The notes under the pieces: generated by a model
Told to the model about the DNA's origin: nothing
What the model saw: the letters and a program-made list of their open reading frames with translations, nothing else
Databases searched by the model: none
Source of the DNA: Octopus sinensis
Taxonomy: Eukaryota
Assembly: GCF_006345805.1 (NCBI RefSeq)
Contig: NC_043021.1
Location: forward strand, 19,778,001-19,842,000
Length of the DNA: 64,000 nt
Direction of reading: 5' to 3'
Shown: piece after piece, positions 12,495 through 25,329 of the stretch
Numbering within the stretch: position 1 is the first letter of the stretch
How the letters are laid out: each line of letters starts with the position of its first letter
Translations under genes and position numbers: made by a program

Positions 12495-12975
12495 GTAGTT
12501 AGTGGTGGTGGTGGGTGTTGTATGGTGGGAGTATAGTGGTGTGGTGGCAATGGTCATGATGGCGGGTGAGTGGTGGTGGTGGTTTGGGCGATAGTAGTCA
12601 TAGATGTGATGGAAGTGGTGCTGATAGCTGTATAGTAAATGGCTGTTGTTGTTGCTGTTGATGGTAATGTTATAACGGTAGTAGTTGTAGTGGTGATGGT
12701 GGCGGTGGTGGTAGTGGTGGTGGTGGTGGTAGTAGTCTTCATAATGCTGTTGTGGTTGTTGTTGTTGTTGTTAGTGCTGGTGGTGGTGGTGGCGGTGGTG
12801 GTGGCAGTGATGGAGTTATAATGGTGTTGTTGTTGGTGTTGGTGGTAGTAGTGGCGGTGGTGGTGGTGGTGGTAGTCTTGATAATGGTGTTGCTGTTGTT
12901 GTGGTTGTTGTTATTGTTGTTGTTTGTGTTGGTGTTGGTGGCGGTTGTGGTGGTGTTGGTGGTGGGGGGTGATGG
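12495..12975. repeat. (GGT/GTT/AGT)n array
   Basis: Direct inspection. Confidence 0.9.
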
Positions 12976-13333
12976 TGGAATAGCAGGTTCTGACCGACCA
13001 TATGAAGCAAACTAGGGTCAAACTCTTTCCCACAGGACAAACGATTTCATTTGCATTCAAATTTAGAACTGACAATGATTCCCCCCCCCCGCAAAAAAAT
13101 GTTTAACCCTTTTTAAAAATTCAAACCTGCTTGAGACAGCTATTGCTTCTATGACAAATACATTCTATTTTAAAATAATTTACAATAAAACCTTTCATCA
13201 AAATAGAGATTTTAATTTATGCTCAAAACATCAGCTCAAAGATGACAATTTTACTAAATTTTCCCTTATTTCGCAAAATTATTTGAAACAAAGACTGTGT
13301 ATTTTAACAGAAATATGGCGACAAGAGAATTAA

Positions 13334-15030
13334 CCCTTTCGTTACCGTATTTATTTTGAGGTGCTCTGTGTTTCTTTTAAATATAAAAGAATTTAGTAAA
13401 ATAACTTAGTTATCATTCAGCTAGTGTTAGGAACATAAATTGTGACTAAGGTTTGGTGGAAGATTTTAATTCAAAACTTATGAAAACAAGACATTTGTAC
13501 TCAGATCCAGAACCGGTTTCAGCTGGGTTGGTATCGAAACGGTTAAGAATTGTTCCTCTATTATATGTTTTAACCCTTTTGTTACTATATTTCTGCTGAG
13601 ATGCTCTGTGTTTCTTTCGATTAATTTTAAATGTAACAAAGAATTTATTAAAATAACTTAGCTATCATTAAGCTAGTATTAGGAACATAAATTGTGACTA
13701 AGGTTTGGTGGAAGATTTTAATTCAAAACTTATGAAAACAAGACATTTGTACTCAGACCCAGAGCCAGTTTCAGCCGGGTTGGTATCGAAAGGGTTAAGA
13801 ATTGTTCCTCTATTATATATTTTAACCCTTTTGTTACAATATTTCTGTTGAGATGCTCTGTGTTTCTTTCGATTAATTTTAAATGTAACAAAGAATTTAT
13901 TAAAATAACTTAGCTATCATTAAGCTAGTATTAGGAACATAAATTGGGACTAAGGTTTGGTGGAAGATTTTAATTCAAAACTTATGAAAACAAGACATTT
14001 GTACTACGGAGCCAGAGGTGGTTTCAGTCGGGTTGGTATCAAAAGTGTTAAGAATTGTTTCTCTATTTTAGGCGGTGAGCTGGCAGAATTGTTAGCACAC
14101 CGGGCGAAATGCTTAGTGGTATTTCATCTGCCATTACGTTCTGAGTTCAAATTCCGCCGAGGTTGACTTTGCCTTTCATCCTTTCAGGGGCGATAAATTA
14201 AGTACCTGTTACACACTGGGGTCGATTTAGTTGACTTAATCCCTTTGTCTGTCCCCCCTATGTTTAGCCCTTTGTGGGCAATAAATAAAGAAATAAGAAT
14301 TGTTTCTCTATTATGTATTTTAACCCTTTTGTTACAATATTTCTGTTGAGATGATCTTTCAAATAATTTTAAATATAACAAAGAATTTAGTAAAATAACT
14401 TAGTCGTCATTTAGCTGGTGTTAGGAACATAAATTGTGACTAAGGTTTGGTGGAAGATTTTAATGCAAAACTTATGAAAACAAGACATTTGTACTCAGAG
14501 CCAGAGGCAGTTTCAGCCGAGTTGGTAACGAAAGAGTTAAATTAATCATTTGTTAACCCTTTTGTTACCATATTTCTGTTGAGATGCTCTGTGTTTCCTT
14601 CAATTACTTTAAATATAACAAAGAATTTAGTAAAATAACTTAGCCATCATTAAGCTAGTATTGGGAACATAAATTGTGACTAAGGTTTGGTGGAAGATTT
14701 TAATACAGAACTTTTGAAAACAATACATTTGTACTACAGAGCCAGAGCCAGTTTCAGCCGGGTTGGTATTGAAAGGGTTAAGAGTTGCTTCTCTATTATA
14801 TATTTTAACCCTTTTGCTACGATATTTCTGTTGAGATGCTCTGTGTTTCTTTCAATTAATTTTAAATATAACAAAGAATTTAGTAAAATAACTTGGTTAT
14901 CTTTAAGCTAATGCTAGGACCATAAATTGTGACTAAGGTTTGGTGGAAGATTTTAATTCAAAACTTTTGAAAACAATACATTTGTATTACAGAGCCAGAG
15001 GCGGTTTCAGCCTGGTTGGTGTCAAAAGGG
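13334..15030 (+). mobile_element. Head-to-tail array of six piggyBac-type MITEs (family P2)
   Basis: Units 13334-13542, 13574-13794, 13826-14047, 14324-14536, 14557-14777 and 14809-15030; each CCCTTT..AAAGGG-like and bounded by TTAA. Confidence 0.9.
14071..14294 (+). mobile_element. SINE S2 inserted in the MITE-array spacer
   Basis: 19-bp TSD TAAGAATTGTTTCTCTATT at 14049-14067 and 14294-14312. Confidence 0.9.
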
Positions 15031-15256
15031 TTAAATCTCAAAACTGAAACAGTAATTTAATTCCAACATAAAGCAGTCTGCTGGCAGAATCGTTACCATG
15101 CTGGGAAAAATGCTTAGCAACATTTCTTCTGACTTTATGTTCTGAGTTCAAATGCTACAGTGGTTGATTTGACTTTCATTCTTTCGAAGTTGATAAAATA
15201 AGGACTAGTTGAACACTGGGGTCCAATGTAATTGATTTAACACCTTCCCTGAAATT

Positions 15257-15904
15257 ACTCTTTACTCTTTTACTTGTTTCAGCCATTTGACTGCGGCCAT
15301 GCTGGAGCACCGCCTTTAGTCAAGCAAATCGACCCCAGGACTTATTCTTTGTAAGCCCAGTACTTATTCTATCGGTCTCTTTTGCCGAACAACTAAGTGA
15401 CGGGGACGTAAGCACACCAGCATCGGTTGTCAAGCAATGCTAGAAGGACAAACTCAGACACACAAACACAGACACACACATACATATCACCATCATCATC
15501 ATCATCATCATCATTTAGCGTCCGGTTTCCATGCTAGCATGGGTTGGACGGTTCAACTGGGGTCTGTGAAGCCAGAAGGCTGCATCAGGCCAGTCAGATC
15601 TGGCAGTGTTTCTATGGCTGGATGCCCTTCCTAATGCCAACCACTCTGTGAGTGTAGTGGGTGCTTTTTACGTGCCAGGTGCCAGACGGAGCTGGCAAAC
15701 GGCCACGGACGGATGGTGCTTTTTACGTGCCACCGGCACGACGACAGTCTTCTTTCAGTTTCCGCCTACCAAATCCACTCACAAGGCTTTGGTCAGCCCG
15801 GGGCTATAGAGGAAGACACTTGCCCAAGGTGCCATGCAGTGGGACTGAACCCAAACCATGTGGTTGGTTAGCAAGCTACTTACCACACAGCCACTCCTGC
15901 GCCT
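15257..15904 (-). mobile_element. SINE S1 split by an RTE 3' fragment
   Basis: 3' half 15257-15485, family R insert 15487-15740, 5' half 15741-15904. Confidence 0.85.
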
Positions 15905-15964
15905 CATGTCAAAATTTGAAATCAATAATTTAATTTCTACACGTTGATGATAAATTCCAATATT

Positions 15965-16258
15965 TTAAATCCAGGTTTGTCCCCATTAACAGGGGTGGCA
16001 GGATCTCACAGCAACTGCTCTCACTCTATCTTGCCCAGTTTTGGGCATCTTTGCTCCTCAAGCCAACCCTTCCAATCTCCTCCTTCACCTGTCCCCTCCA
16101 CATTTTCTTTGGTCAGCCTTGCATTTGTGGTTCATTCACTTTAAACTCCCTCCTCAACACATGCCCATACCATTGCACTCCATTCACCCTTGCCAGCTGC
16201 TCCACCAATTCCTCCAACCCCAGCATCCCCATCAAGTCCTCAGTCCTCCTTTTTATCC
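15965..16258 (-). mobile_element. RTE LINE ORF2 C-terminal fragment (degraded)
   Basis: Minus strand reads LMGMLGLEELVEQLARVNGVQWYGHVLRR..PKKMWRGQV, the RTE-type WYGHV.R motif. Confidence 0.75.
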
Positions 16259-16270
16259 AATAGTTTCACA

Positions 16271-16513
16271 CCTATTTCTTTATTACTCACAAGGGGCTAA
16301 ACACAGCAGGGACAAACAAGGACAGACAAATGTATTAAGTTGATTACATCGCCCCCCCTCCCCCCAGTGCGTAACTGGTACTTATTTAATCGACCCTGAA
16401 AGGACGAAAGGCAAAAATCGGCCCTGGCGGAATTTGAACTCATAACGTAGTGGCAGACGAAATACCACTCAGCATTTCATCTGGCGTGCTAACGTTTCTG
16501 CCAGCTCGCCGCC
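16271..16513 (-). mobile_element. SINE S2
   Basis: Full monomer in reverse orientation. Confidence 0.9.
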
Positions 16514-16517
16514 TTAA

Positions 16518-16737
16518 CCCTTTAGTGTTTAAACTGCCCAAATCCGGCCCAAATATTCTGTATGTTTTATATTCAAACTGGCCATATTTAGCCTCTCACA
16601 CCTAACCTACATTGACATTCTAAGAATAAACTATCATACCATTGAAACTTCAAAGCTATAAGATAATGCATGATTAATTCAAAACAATTTGAGTGAAAAA
16701 GTATTACATTTAACAGAGTAATCTGGATACTAAAGGG
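16518..16737 (+). mobile_element. piggyBac-type MITE P1
   Basis: TTAA at 16514-16517 and 16738-16741; CCCTTTAG/CTAAAGGG ends; homologous to 2740-2960. Confidence 0.9.
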
Positions 16738-17059
16738 TTAAATAGTTTCACACCACACATTGCTCTTGCCACTGCTCTCTTAGTGCTCAAAATTACCGTT
16801 TCACTTTCCCTCAGACGCCATGTCTCTCTCCCATACAGCATTGCAGATCTTACACAACTCTGATAAACACTTCCTTTCGTCTTCAAGAACTTTTCCCCAT
16901 AGGATTGTAAGACATAAATATATCTTTGTCAGTTGTAAATAATAATAGAGTGGACAACAAGGGGATAGATTTATGAACAGTTTATGTCTATCAAATTTCC
17001 TTTTGGTCAACACAAGAGAATAACAACAGACATTAACCAGAACCTGGTGTCATGTAAGC

Positions 17060-17255
17060 GACACCTGTGCTGGTGGCACGTAAAAAGCACCCATTACACT
17101 CTTGGGGTGGTTGGCATTAAGAAGGGTATCCAGCTGTAGAAACATTGCCAAATCAGATTGGAACCTGGTGCAGCTCTCCGGCTTACCAGTTTCGGCCAAA
17201 CTGTCTAACCCATGCCAGCATAGAAATCAGATGCTAAATGATGATGATGATGATT
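17060..17255 (+). mobile_element. RTE 3' end (family R)
   Basis: GGCACGTAAAAAGCACCC..CCAGCTGTAGAAAC..(GAT)n tail. Confidence 0.8.
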
Positions 17256-18350
17256 TGATGAAAATGTCATCCAGTGGTATTGAACCTGAAGCCATGGGAT
17301 TGCAAAGCCAACATCCTGATAAAACCTATGTGAGAGAGAATTTTAGCTCTGGAGAAAGCTATATTCTTTTGAGAGTAACAGTTTATCATATAACACACTA
17401 GGTAAAATACTTAGCAACATTTCGTCTGTCTTCAGGTTCTGAGTTCAAATTCAGCTGAGGTTGACTTTGTCTTTCATCCCTTCAAGGGTCAATAAAATAA
17501 GTACCAGTTGAGTACCAGGATCAATGTAATCGACTTACTCACTGTCCTGAAATTGCTGGCCTTGTGTCAAAATTTGAAACTAACATCAATTTATCATGGG
17601 GGACAGTTTCTGACTGTGTGAAAGCCATGACTAACAACATCCAGCTATCCTTGAAACAAGCAGTATCAAGATGTGTATTTTATTGAATGGCTGTAGACAC
17701 AATTATACTCTATGCAGTACAACTGGTTGTGCTTTTACATGAGATACAAACTTTATAATGTGAGAAGATTTGCTTTCAGAGAAAAAAAAAATCAATTTAG
17801 TAAACTATTAGAGATAAAGATTTTTATCTGAGGTCAAATCAATGATAAATCAATTTGATTAATTCAAAGAAAAACTTAACAATGTGGTTACAAATGGTGC
17901 TCTAGCAATGGAAGATTCATCCACCCCTATGTACCTCTAACCTCAATCTCTGTCAATGTACATCTTCTGTTTCTCCATCACTTCCCCGCATTCATCCTAC
18001 CTACCCATTCAACCATCCTCAATTCTCTGTTCTTGTTCTCTTTCTGTCCATTTTTTTGTATGTTGATTCTATGCCCTGATATATCATCCTGCCCCCACAT
18101 CATTTCTCCATTTCTTGTGGGGGTACCCATGTAGCCCCCTCTACAGCAAGACATCTGTTTCTGTCCCTCTTTCCTACTTAAGCCTCTCAACATCTGGTGC
18201 AAAGCCATCTCCTTCAATACCACACACCCCAACTCTGTCTTGCTGCCTAATCGGTGATCCCACTAATGATGGTGCTGCAAAACAAAAAAAAAACCCCAAA
18301 AAACCCACCTAGTACATTCTGTAAAGTAGTCAGTGTCAGGAAGGGCACCC

Positions 18351-18658
18351 AATCTCTCGTGGAAACAGCATCCAACCAAAGTACAAATATATGGGAAACT
18401 ACCACCTGTATCATCTCTTGTGAAAGGTAGAAGAGTTCAGTTTGCTGGACATTGTTGTAGAGCTGAAAACGAGGTAACTTCTACTCTTCTCCTCTGGAAG
18501 CCATCTGCTTGCGATACCAGAGAACGTACACTCTCCTACCCCTCCAGGGATACAGGCATCCAGCAACAGGACCTCCGTAATGCTATGATGGACCGTGAAG
18601 TCTGGTGTAACATAGTAAATTCCGTTGTCTCAACCATGGTCGAACAATGATGATGATT
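18351..18658 (+). mobile_element. RTE-like LINE ORF2 C-terminus with (TGA)n tail
   Basis: NLSWKQHPTK..RRVQFAGHCCR..LLLWKP..AMMDREVW motifs. Confidence 0.8.
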
Positions 18659-19749
18659 GTAGAAACCTTAGAAAAGTAGCCACTGGGGACTAAGTCAGCC
18701 TAAGGGCTAGTTGGATCTTGTCAAACTGTCCAACTTGTAGACCGTAGATGTTACATAATGATGGGCAACCAAACTTATGAGTAGCAACTCTCAGAATGAA
18801 CAACATGTAGTAAAAAAATATATAGAATTCATAAAAAATGGTAAGGAATTTAATAACTGAGAATTTAAAGAAATTTTCAAGGAACTTGAAGTGGTTTATA
18901 GTGATTTATTCTATGGTTGTGAAGCTGTGCCATTTAGAATGTTTTGCTGGCCACAGGCTGTCCAGGATTGCCCTCAAAGTTTTCCTTGATCTGCTAGAAA
19001 TTGTAAATAACGAAGGTACCCAAGGCAACAAAGGAGTCTCTTCATAGTTATTTGAGGTGTTAGAAATTGCAGCCAAACTTCCCTCAAACTTGTGGACTTG
19101 TACTTCAGTCAGGTAGGCATCAGGACTTTTCAGTGAACCATTTCTTCCAGCCTGTGGCGCTTGAGGCATCTGGAGGGGCTGGGGGGCCACTAACAGCGAA
19201 GTTGGGCCACTAACAGCGAAGTTGGGCCACTTACAGCGAAGTTCTTTTCATTGTTGGTGGTTCGCTTTACCAAGGTGTCAGGTGATGCCTGAGAGGGTGC
19301 TTGGCTGTCCCAATGGCTTAGCCTCGCCATCACCTGTAGTAATGCTGTGGGTGTGTTGGCTCACTTCAGAAGGTTCTATTAAACCTTGTGGTGTGTGAGT
19401 AATTGAAGCACATAGCGTTGAATTCATGTCTTTTTTCTTTCTTTCTTCCTCTTTTTCCTCTTCTTTTTCTTTCTTTCTTTCTCTTCTTCCTCTTCTTTTT
19501 CTTTCTTTCTTTACACATTATTGTGTTTTCATCAGTTTTGGGTTTGAGTCTTAATATGGTTTTGTATTATACAAGTATTGTATCATATTCATATTTATGT
19601 AATTATTGAATCATCCAAATTGTCAACTAATTAGACGGTTAACACTGTAGCTATGTACTTCAATCTACTAATTAGTTGGCTAACTCAACGCTTTGTTAAT
19701 AAGTGTTTTGGTTATCTAGTTAAACAGGTTAACCTTCTAAAAAGAATAT

Positions 19750-19754
19750 ACTTG

Positions 19755-19786
<32 letters not shown>

Positions 19787-20330
19787 CATACATACATACA
19801 TACATACATACATACTTATATACATACATACATACATACATACATACATACATAATACATACATAAATGCATGCATACATACATACATAAATGCATGCAT
19901 ACATACATACATACAAACTTACATACATACATACATACATACATAATACATACATACATATATACATACATACATAAATGCATGCATACATACATACATA
20001 CATACATACATAATACATACATACATACATATACATACATACATACATACATACACATACATACATACATAAATGCATGCATACATACATACATAAATGC
20101 ATGCATACATACATACATACAAACTTACATACATACATACTTACATACATACATACATACATAAATGCATGCATACATACATACATGCATACATACATAC
20201 ATACATACATACTTATATACATACATACATACATACATACATACATACATACATACATACATACATACATACATACAGACATACATAAATGCATGCATAC
20301 ATACATATATGCATATTTATAAATAGATAG

Positions 20331-20375
<45 letters not shown>
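19750..20375. repeat. (CATA)n, (GATA)n and (GA)n microsatellites
   Basis: Direct inspection. Confidence 0.95.
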
Positions 20376-20376
<1 letters not shown>

Positions 20377-20790
20377 GCAGGTGCAGGTATGGCTGTGTGG
20401 TAAGAAGCTTGCTTCTGAACTACATGGTCCCAGGTTCAGTCCCACTGTGTGTTACTTTGGGCAAATGTTTTCTACTATAGTCTTGCACTAACCAAAGCCT
20501 TGTAAGGGAATTTGGTAGATGAAAACTGAAAAGAAGCCTGTTGTATATATGTGTGTGTGATTGTGTCTGTGTTTGTCCCCCCCCCAACTCACCACCACTG
20601 CTTGACAACTGGTGTTAGTGTACTTACATCTCCATAACTTAGCGGTTCAGCAAAAGAGACCGATAGAATAATTACTAGGCTTCAAAAACAAAATAAGCCC
20701 TGATCTCAATTTGTTCAGCTAAAAATACTCTGCAAGGCAGTGCTCCAGCATGGCCACAGCCAATGGTCTGAAACAAGTAAAAGAATAAAA
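20376..20790 (+). mobile_element. SINE S1, older subfamily
   Basis: Head GGTGCAGGTATGGCTGTGTGGTAAGAAGC. Confidence 0.85.
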
Positions 20791-21044
20791 TACAAAAGAA
20801 CATATACATATATACATACATAAATTTTAAAGCCATATTATATCTGAATAGGTAAATACATTTTCTATCTATTCTTACCTTAAAAATTAATATTTAACAT
20901 TATAATTGGATTGTATGACATAATCATAATCGTTAAAGTTTCTAGTTTGATAATAGAGTTTTTTATAAGAAAAATTATTATTTTATTTATTTCTTAAAAA
21001 ATATTGTTTAAATATATTTGATTATTTATTTAACTATTATCTTT

Positions 21045-21142
21045 AACCTGAAGATTGACTATAACCATAATTCGAATTATTAATTGAATTTAAATTATTG
21101 TAATTCGAATTAGGTTATGGGCATGAAACGTACGTAGTGGTT
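21045..21142 (+). ncRNA. Penelope-type minimal hammerhead ribozyme motif, long helix II, partly decayed helix I
   Basis: CTGAAGA (21048-54); helix II ATAACC(A)TAATTCGAATTA / TAATTCGAATTAGGTTAT; GAAA (21125-28); palindromic ACGTACGT; GTA site at 21134-36. Confidence 0.65.
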
Positions 21143-21202
21143 TTACTTTTTATCTTATATTAATTTTTAAAAAAAAAAGTATTTGGTAGATGAAAACTGA
21201 AA

Positions 21203-21246
<44 letters not shown>

Positions 21247-22344
21247 CAGGTGCAAGCATGGCTGTGTGGTAAGAAGCTTGCTTCCGGTTGAACAGTGAGG
21301 ACGTGTAGCTTTGAGCTCCGTCCTAAAAAGAAAAATGAACAAAAACAGTGTTCTTCACTCACCTATTGAAGTCATCATGCTGGTATGCAGCTGGCGAAAG
21401 TTGAACTGAAAGACACTCTACTATAAGGTAAGACTTTTTGCTTTTTGAGTCCAGTAGGATTTGTTGCCTGTTGGTTTTATTTTTTTTTAACAGGTAAGGA
21501 GTCCTTACTGGATTCGGAGCTTTTTGTCTGCCTTGCAGTGGAGACTTGTGTGTTTTCTCACATAATTGTGAGAAATTGTATTTGAAAATTTTTGTGCCCA
21601 CGTGGATTAAAAGGATTGGCCAGGAGTACCTTTTGGCCGACAATTTATTTCTTTGCCTGGATTTGAACTCTCTTTTCACAGCCATCATTTATTTAAAAAA
21701 AAAGGAACTTTATTTAAACTGTTATTTTTCTTTTTTCTTCCCTTCTGTTGTGTCTTCTTTCTTTTTTTTGTGTATCTTTCTTTTTTGTGTATCTTTCTTT
21801 ATTTGAAACCGTATTGACGAACTGTATTTGAACTTTTTATTTAAAAAAAAAAATGGCAAAGGAAATATTAGTGTGGGAATTAACACCTCCCAAATCATGG
21901 CTAAAAGAGCTCGAAAGGAAGACGGTGGTGTTGAGGACTTATTCAAAGTTGCTCGATACCATAACTGTCTTTCTTTTTTTTAAAAAACACAATGAGGCGA
22001 TAAACCTCTTACACAGTTCAAAATTAAAAATAAAACACAAACACGAGGCAATAATCCTCTCACTTTATACATTTTTAGTCTCTTTTTCAGGTAATACACC
22101 TCTTAAATTTTCCCGCCCGACCAGGCTCCTCGCTTCATCGAAGCACCTGGTCCGTTCCGAACTTAAAGGTTTCAACATAAATCTGAAGGAGTCCTTCGGG
22201 AAGGAGTTCATTATCCTGCACTGATCGGTCTCTCATATGACCTCCGCAGCCACCTGCGAAGGCCACTCAGGGTCCTCCGTGCAGGACAGATGACCCTCCT
22301 ACCGGCCCTTCCTTTCAATTTTTTTTATTTCATTTTGCATCACA

Positions 22345-22784
22345 ACTACCTGTCTGATAAGGGTACACCAGGCACATGCATCACAACCATATGTGCGCAA
22401 CATGGGGATCTCATATCAAGATAAACAGCACATGACCTTACAGGTGGGGCTCAGTTAGAATTTTCTTCTGGTTGAGTAGCTCATCCTGCTCAAAATGTCC
22501 CTGAATAAGGATTGTTTAAGGATGTTGAACGAACCACCCATGTTTCCAAAGGTGAATTACCCAAACCTCTAAGAATTCCTTTCAACACACGGCTATGATG
22601 CTCCCCCCAATTCTTCTGCTCATGACCAGAGATGCACATATCATCAGCCACTAAGGGACATGCTCAACTGGTTAAGGTCAAACAACTGACAAGCAAATGT
22701 GTGGTACTGAGCAGAATATTTGCTGTAGCCCATCTTTTATACCAAGACAAAACAATGTACATGATAACACTTCCAATCAGGGCA
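22345..22784 (-). mobile_element. (TAA)n-associated retroelement family T, truncated
   Basis: Homologous to 36268-36812 and 50305-50788. Confidence 0.8.
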
Positions 22785-23032
22785 ATTATTGTTCTTCTTC
22801 TTCTTCTTCTTCTTCTTATTATTATCATAATATTTTTTCTGTCTTTACATCCTGAGTTGAAATTCTGCTGAGGTCAACTTTGCCTTTCATCCTTTTGAGG
22901 AGGTCAATTAAATAAGTACCAGTTACGCACTGGGGTCAATGTAATCAACTTGTCCCCAACCCTACAAATGGTGCCTATAGTAGAAAGGCTTATTATTGTT
23001 ATTATCATTATTATTATTAAAGATGGTGAGAA

Positions 23033-23415
23033 GGCAGTGAGCTGGCAGCACGTCGGCCAAAATGCTTATGTGGTATTTTGTCTGCCGCTACGTTCTGAGT
23101 TCAAATTCCGCCGAGGTCGACTTTGCCTTTCATCCTTTCGGGGTCAATTAAATAAGTACCAGTTACGCACTGGGGTTGATGTAATCGACTTAATCTGTTT
23201 GTCTGTCCTTGTTTGTCCTCTCTGTGTTTAGCCCCTTGTGGGTAGTAAAGGAATAGGTATTTTGTCTACCATTAGGTTCTGAGTTCAAATTCCACTGAAG
23301 TCCACTTTACTTTATGTCCTGTCAGGATCATTAAAATAAGTACCAGTTACGTACCGGGGTTGACGTAATCGACTTCCTCTTTCCTCAAAGTTGCTAGCCC
23401 TGTGCTAAAATTTAA
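23033..23415 (+). mobile_element. SINE S2 dimer
   Basis: Head plus body, then a second body starting after AAAGGAATA|GGTATTTTGTCT. Confidence 0.85.
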
Positions 23416-23647
23416 AATCATCATTAAAGATGGCAAGCTGGCAGAATTGTTAGCATACTGGACAAAATACCATTTAGCATTTCGCTATCTGTACATTCCA
23501 AGTTCAAATCTGCCTTGACGGTGGTCAAGTTTGCCTTTTATCCTTTTGGTGTCGATAAAATAAGTACCAGTTGAACACTAGGGTCAATGTGATGAATTTA
23601 CCTCTTTCCCTGAAATTATTGGCCTTATGCCAAAATTTAAGACCATC

Positions 23648-24217
23648 ATTCTTTTCTACTCTAGGCACAAGGCCCAACATTTTTGGGGAGGGGGTCCAGT
23701 CGATTAGATCGACCTTAGTACAAAAATGGTACTTAATTTATCGACCCCGAAAGGATGAAAGGCAAAGTTGACCTTGGTGGAATTTGAATGTAAAGGCAGA
23801 CGATATACCTATTTCTTTACTACCCACAAGGGGCTAAACACAGAAGAGATGAACAAGGACAGACAAATGGATTAAGTCGATTACATTGACCCCAGTGCAT
23901 AACTGGTACTTAATTTATCGACCCCGAAAGGATGAAAGGCAAAGTCGACCTTGGTGGAATTTGAACGTAAAGGCAGCTGATATACCTATTTCTTTATTGT
24001 CCACATGAGGCTACACACAAAGGGGTCAAACAAGGAGAGACAAACAGATTAAGTCGATTATATTGACCCCAGTGCATAACTGGTACTTATTTAATCGACC
24101 CTGGAAGGATGAAAGGCAAAGTCGACCTCGGCAGAATTTGAACTCAGAACGTAACGGCAGATGAAATACTACTGAGCATTTTGCCCGACGTGCTAACGAT
24201 TCTGCCAACTCGCTGCC
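23648..24217 (-). mobile_element. SINE S2 trimer
   Basis: One head at 24217, three bodies joined at AAAGAAATA|GGTAT, last body ending in the GGCCTTGTGCCTAGAG tail. Confidence 0.85.
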
Positions 24218-24302
24218 TTTAAAACTATCATTATTATTATGAAAGACTAGCTGGCCCCATGCCATAAAAAATGACAGCTGATTATTGTATTTTATATATA
24301 AA

Positions 24303-24684
24303 CTAGCAGAATCGCCCGGCGTTGCTTGGGTTTGTAAGAGAAATAACTATAAAGCATTTTTAGAGAGTTATAGCCAAAAAATAGCAAAAAATGGAAAAAA
24401 AATGATGGTAAATTTTTTTTGAGTGTCAAAAAGGTCGAGTTGCGTCCCCTAGACAGTCTGTGGTTTGTGTTTCTGATTCTCGACCCCATGTCGAATTTAT
24501 CGATTTTTTTCAGAACTGGGGGAACTTTTCAAAATTTTCGCTGCGTTAGATTTGAATTATGACATTGGGCTATGTGTGTGTCCGTTTCATCAGAATCGGT
24601 TGAAAGCCGTGGTCAGGGTGAGGGTACAACCTAACAGACACACAGAAACACACACAGACAAACTGCCGTTTATATAGAGAGAGA
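24303..24684 (-). mobile_element. Non-autonomous Helitron
   Basis: Minus strand: A^TCTCTCTCTATATAAACGGCAG 5' end; subterminal hairpin CCCAAGCAACGCCGGG; CTAG^T 3' end; no TSD. Confidence 0.8.
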
Positions 24685-24914
24685 TAAGGATAAAAGATAG
24701 AACATAGATGGTAATTCAAATTAATACACTTCACAATGTTATCTTGCATTTTATTTATAAATATGGTTGGCAAATCAAATTAATACACTTGTCAATGTTA
24801 TCTAGTGGTTGTCTTTTGAAATGTGACATCAATCATCGTTAATTACTGAAAGAACACTGGGTAAAAATTTCTTAATATAAATAAAGGACATGTTTTAACT
24901 GTTAAGATTCTTCT

Positions 24915-25329
24915 TTCTTTCTTTTTTTTTCTTTTACTTGTTTCAGTCATTTGACTGTGGCCATGCTGGAGCACCGCCTTTAGTCGAGCAAATCGACCCC
25001 GGGACTTATTCTTTGTAAGCCCAGTACTTGTTCTATCGGTCCCTTTTGCCGAACCGCTAAGTGACGGGGACGTAAACACACCAGCATCGGTTGTCAAGCA
25101 ATGTTAGGGGGATAAACACAGACACACAAACATGCACACACACATATATATATATATACATATATACGACGGGCTTCTCTCAGTTTCCATCTACCAAATC
25201 CACTCACAAGGCTTTGGTCAGCCCAAGGCTATAGTAGAAGACACTTGCCCAAGGTGCCACGCAGTGGGACTGAACCCGGAACCATGTGGTTGGTTAGCAA
25301 GCTACTTACCACACAGCCACTCCTGCGTC
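24915..25329 (-). mobile_element. SINE S1, full length
   Basis: Complete head to tail. Confidence 0.9.

Noticed and set aside
22110-22200. Possible HDV-like ribozyme (GACCAGG/CCTGGTC as P1)
   Set aside because: No P1.1 GG/CC pairing and no convincing P4.
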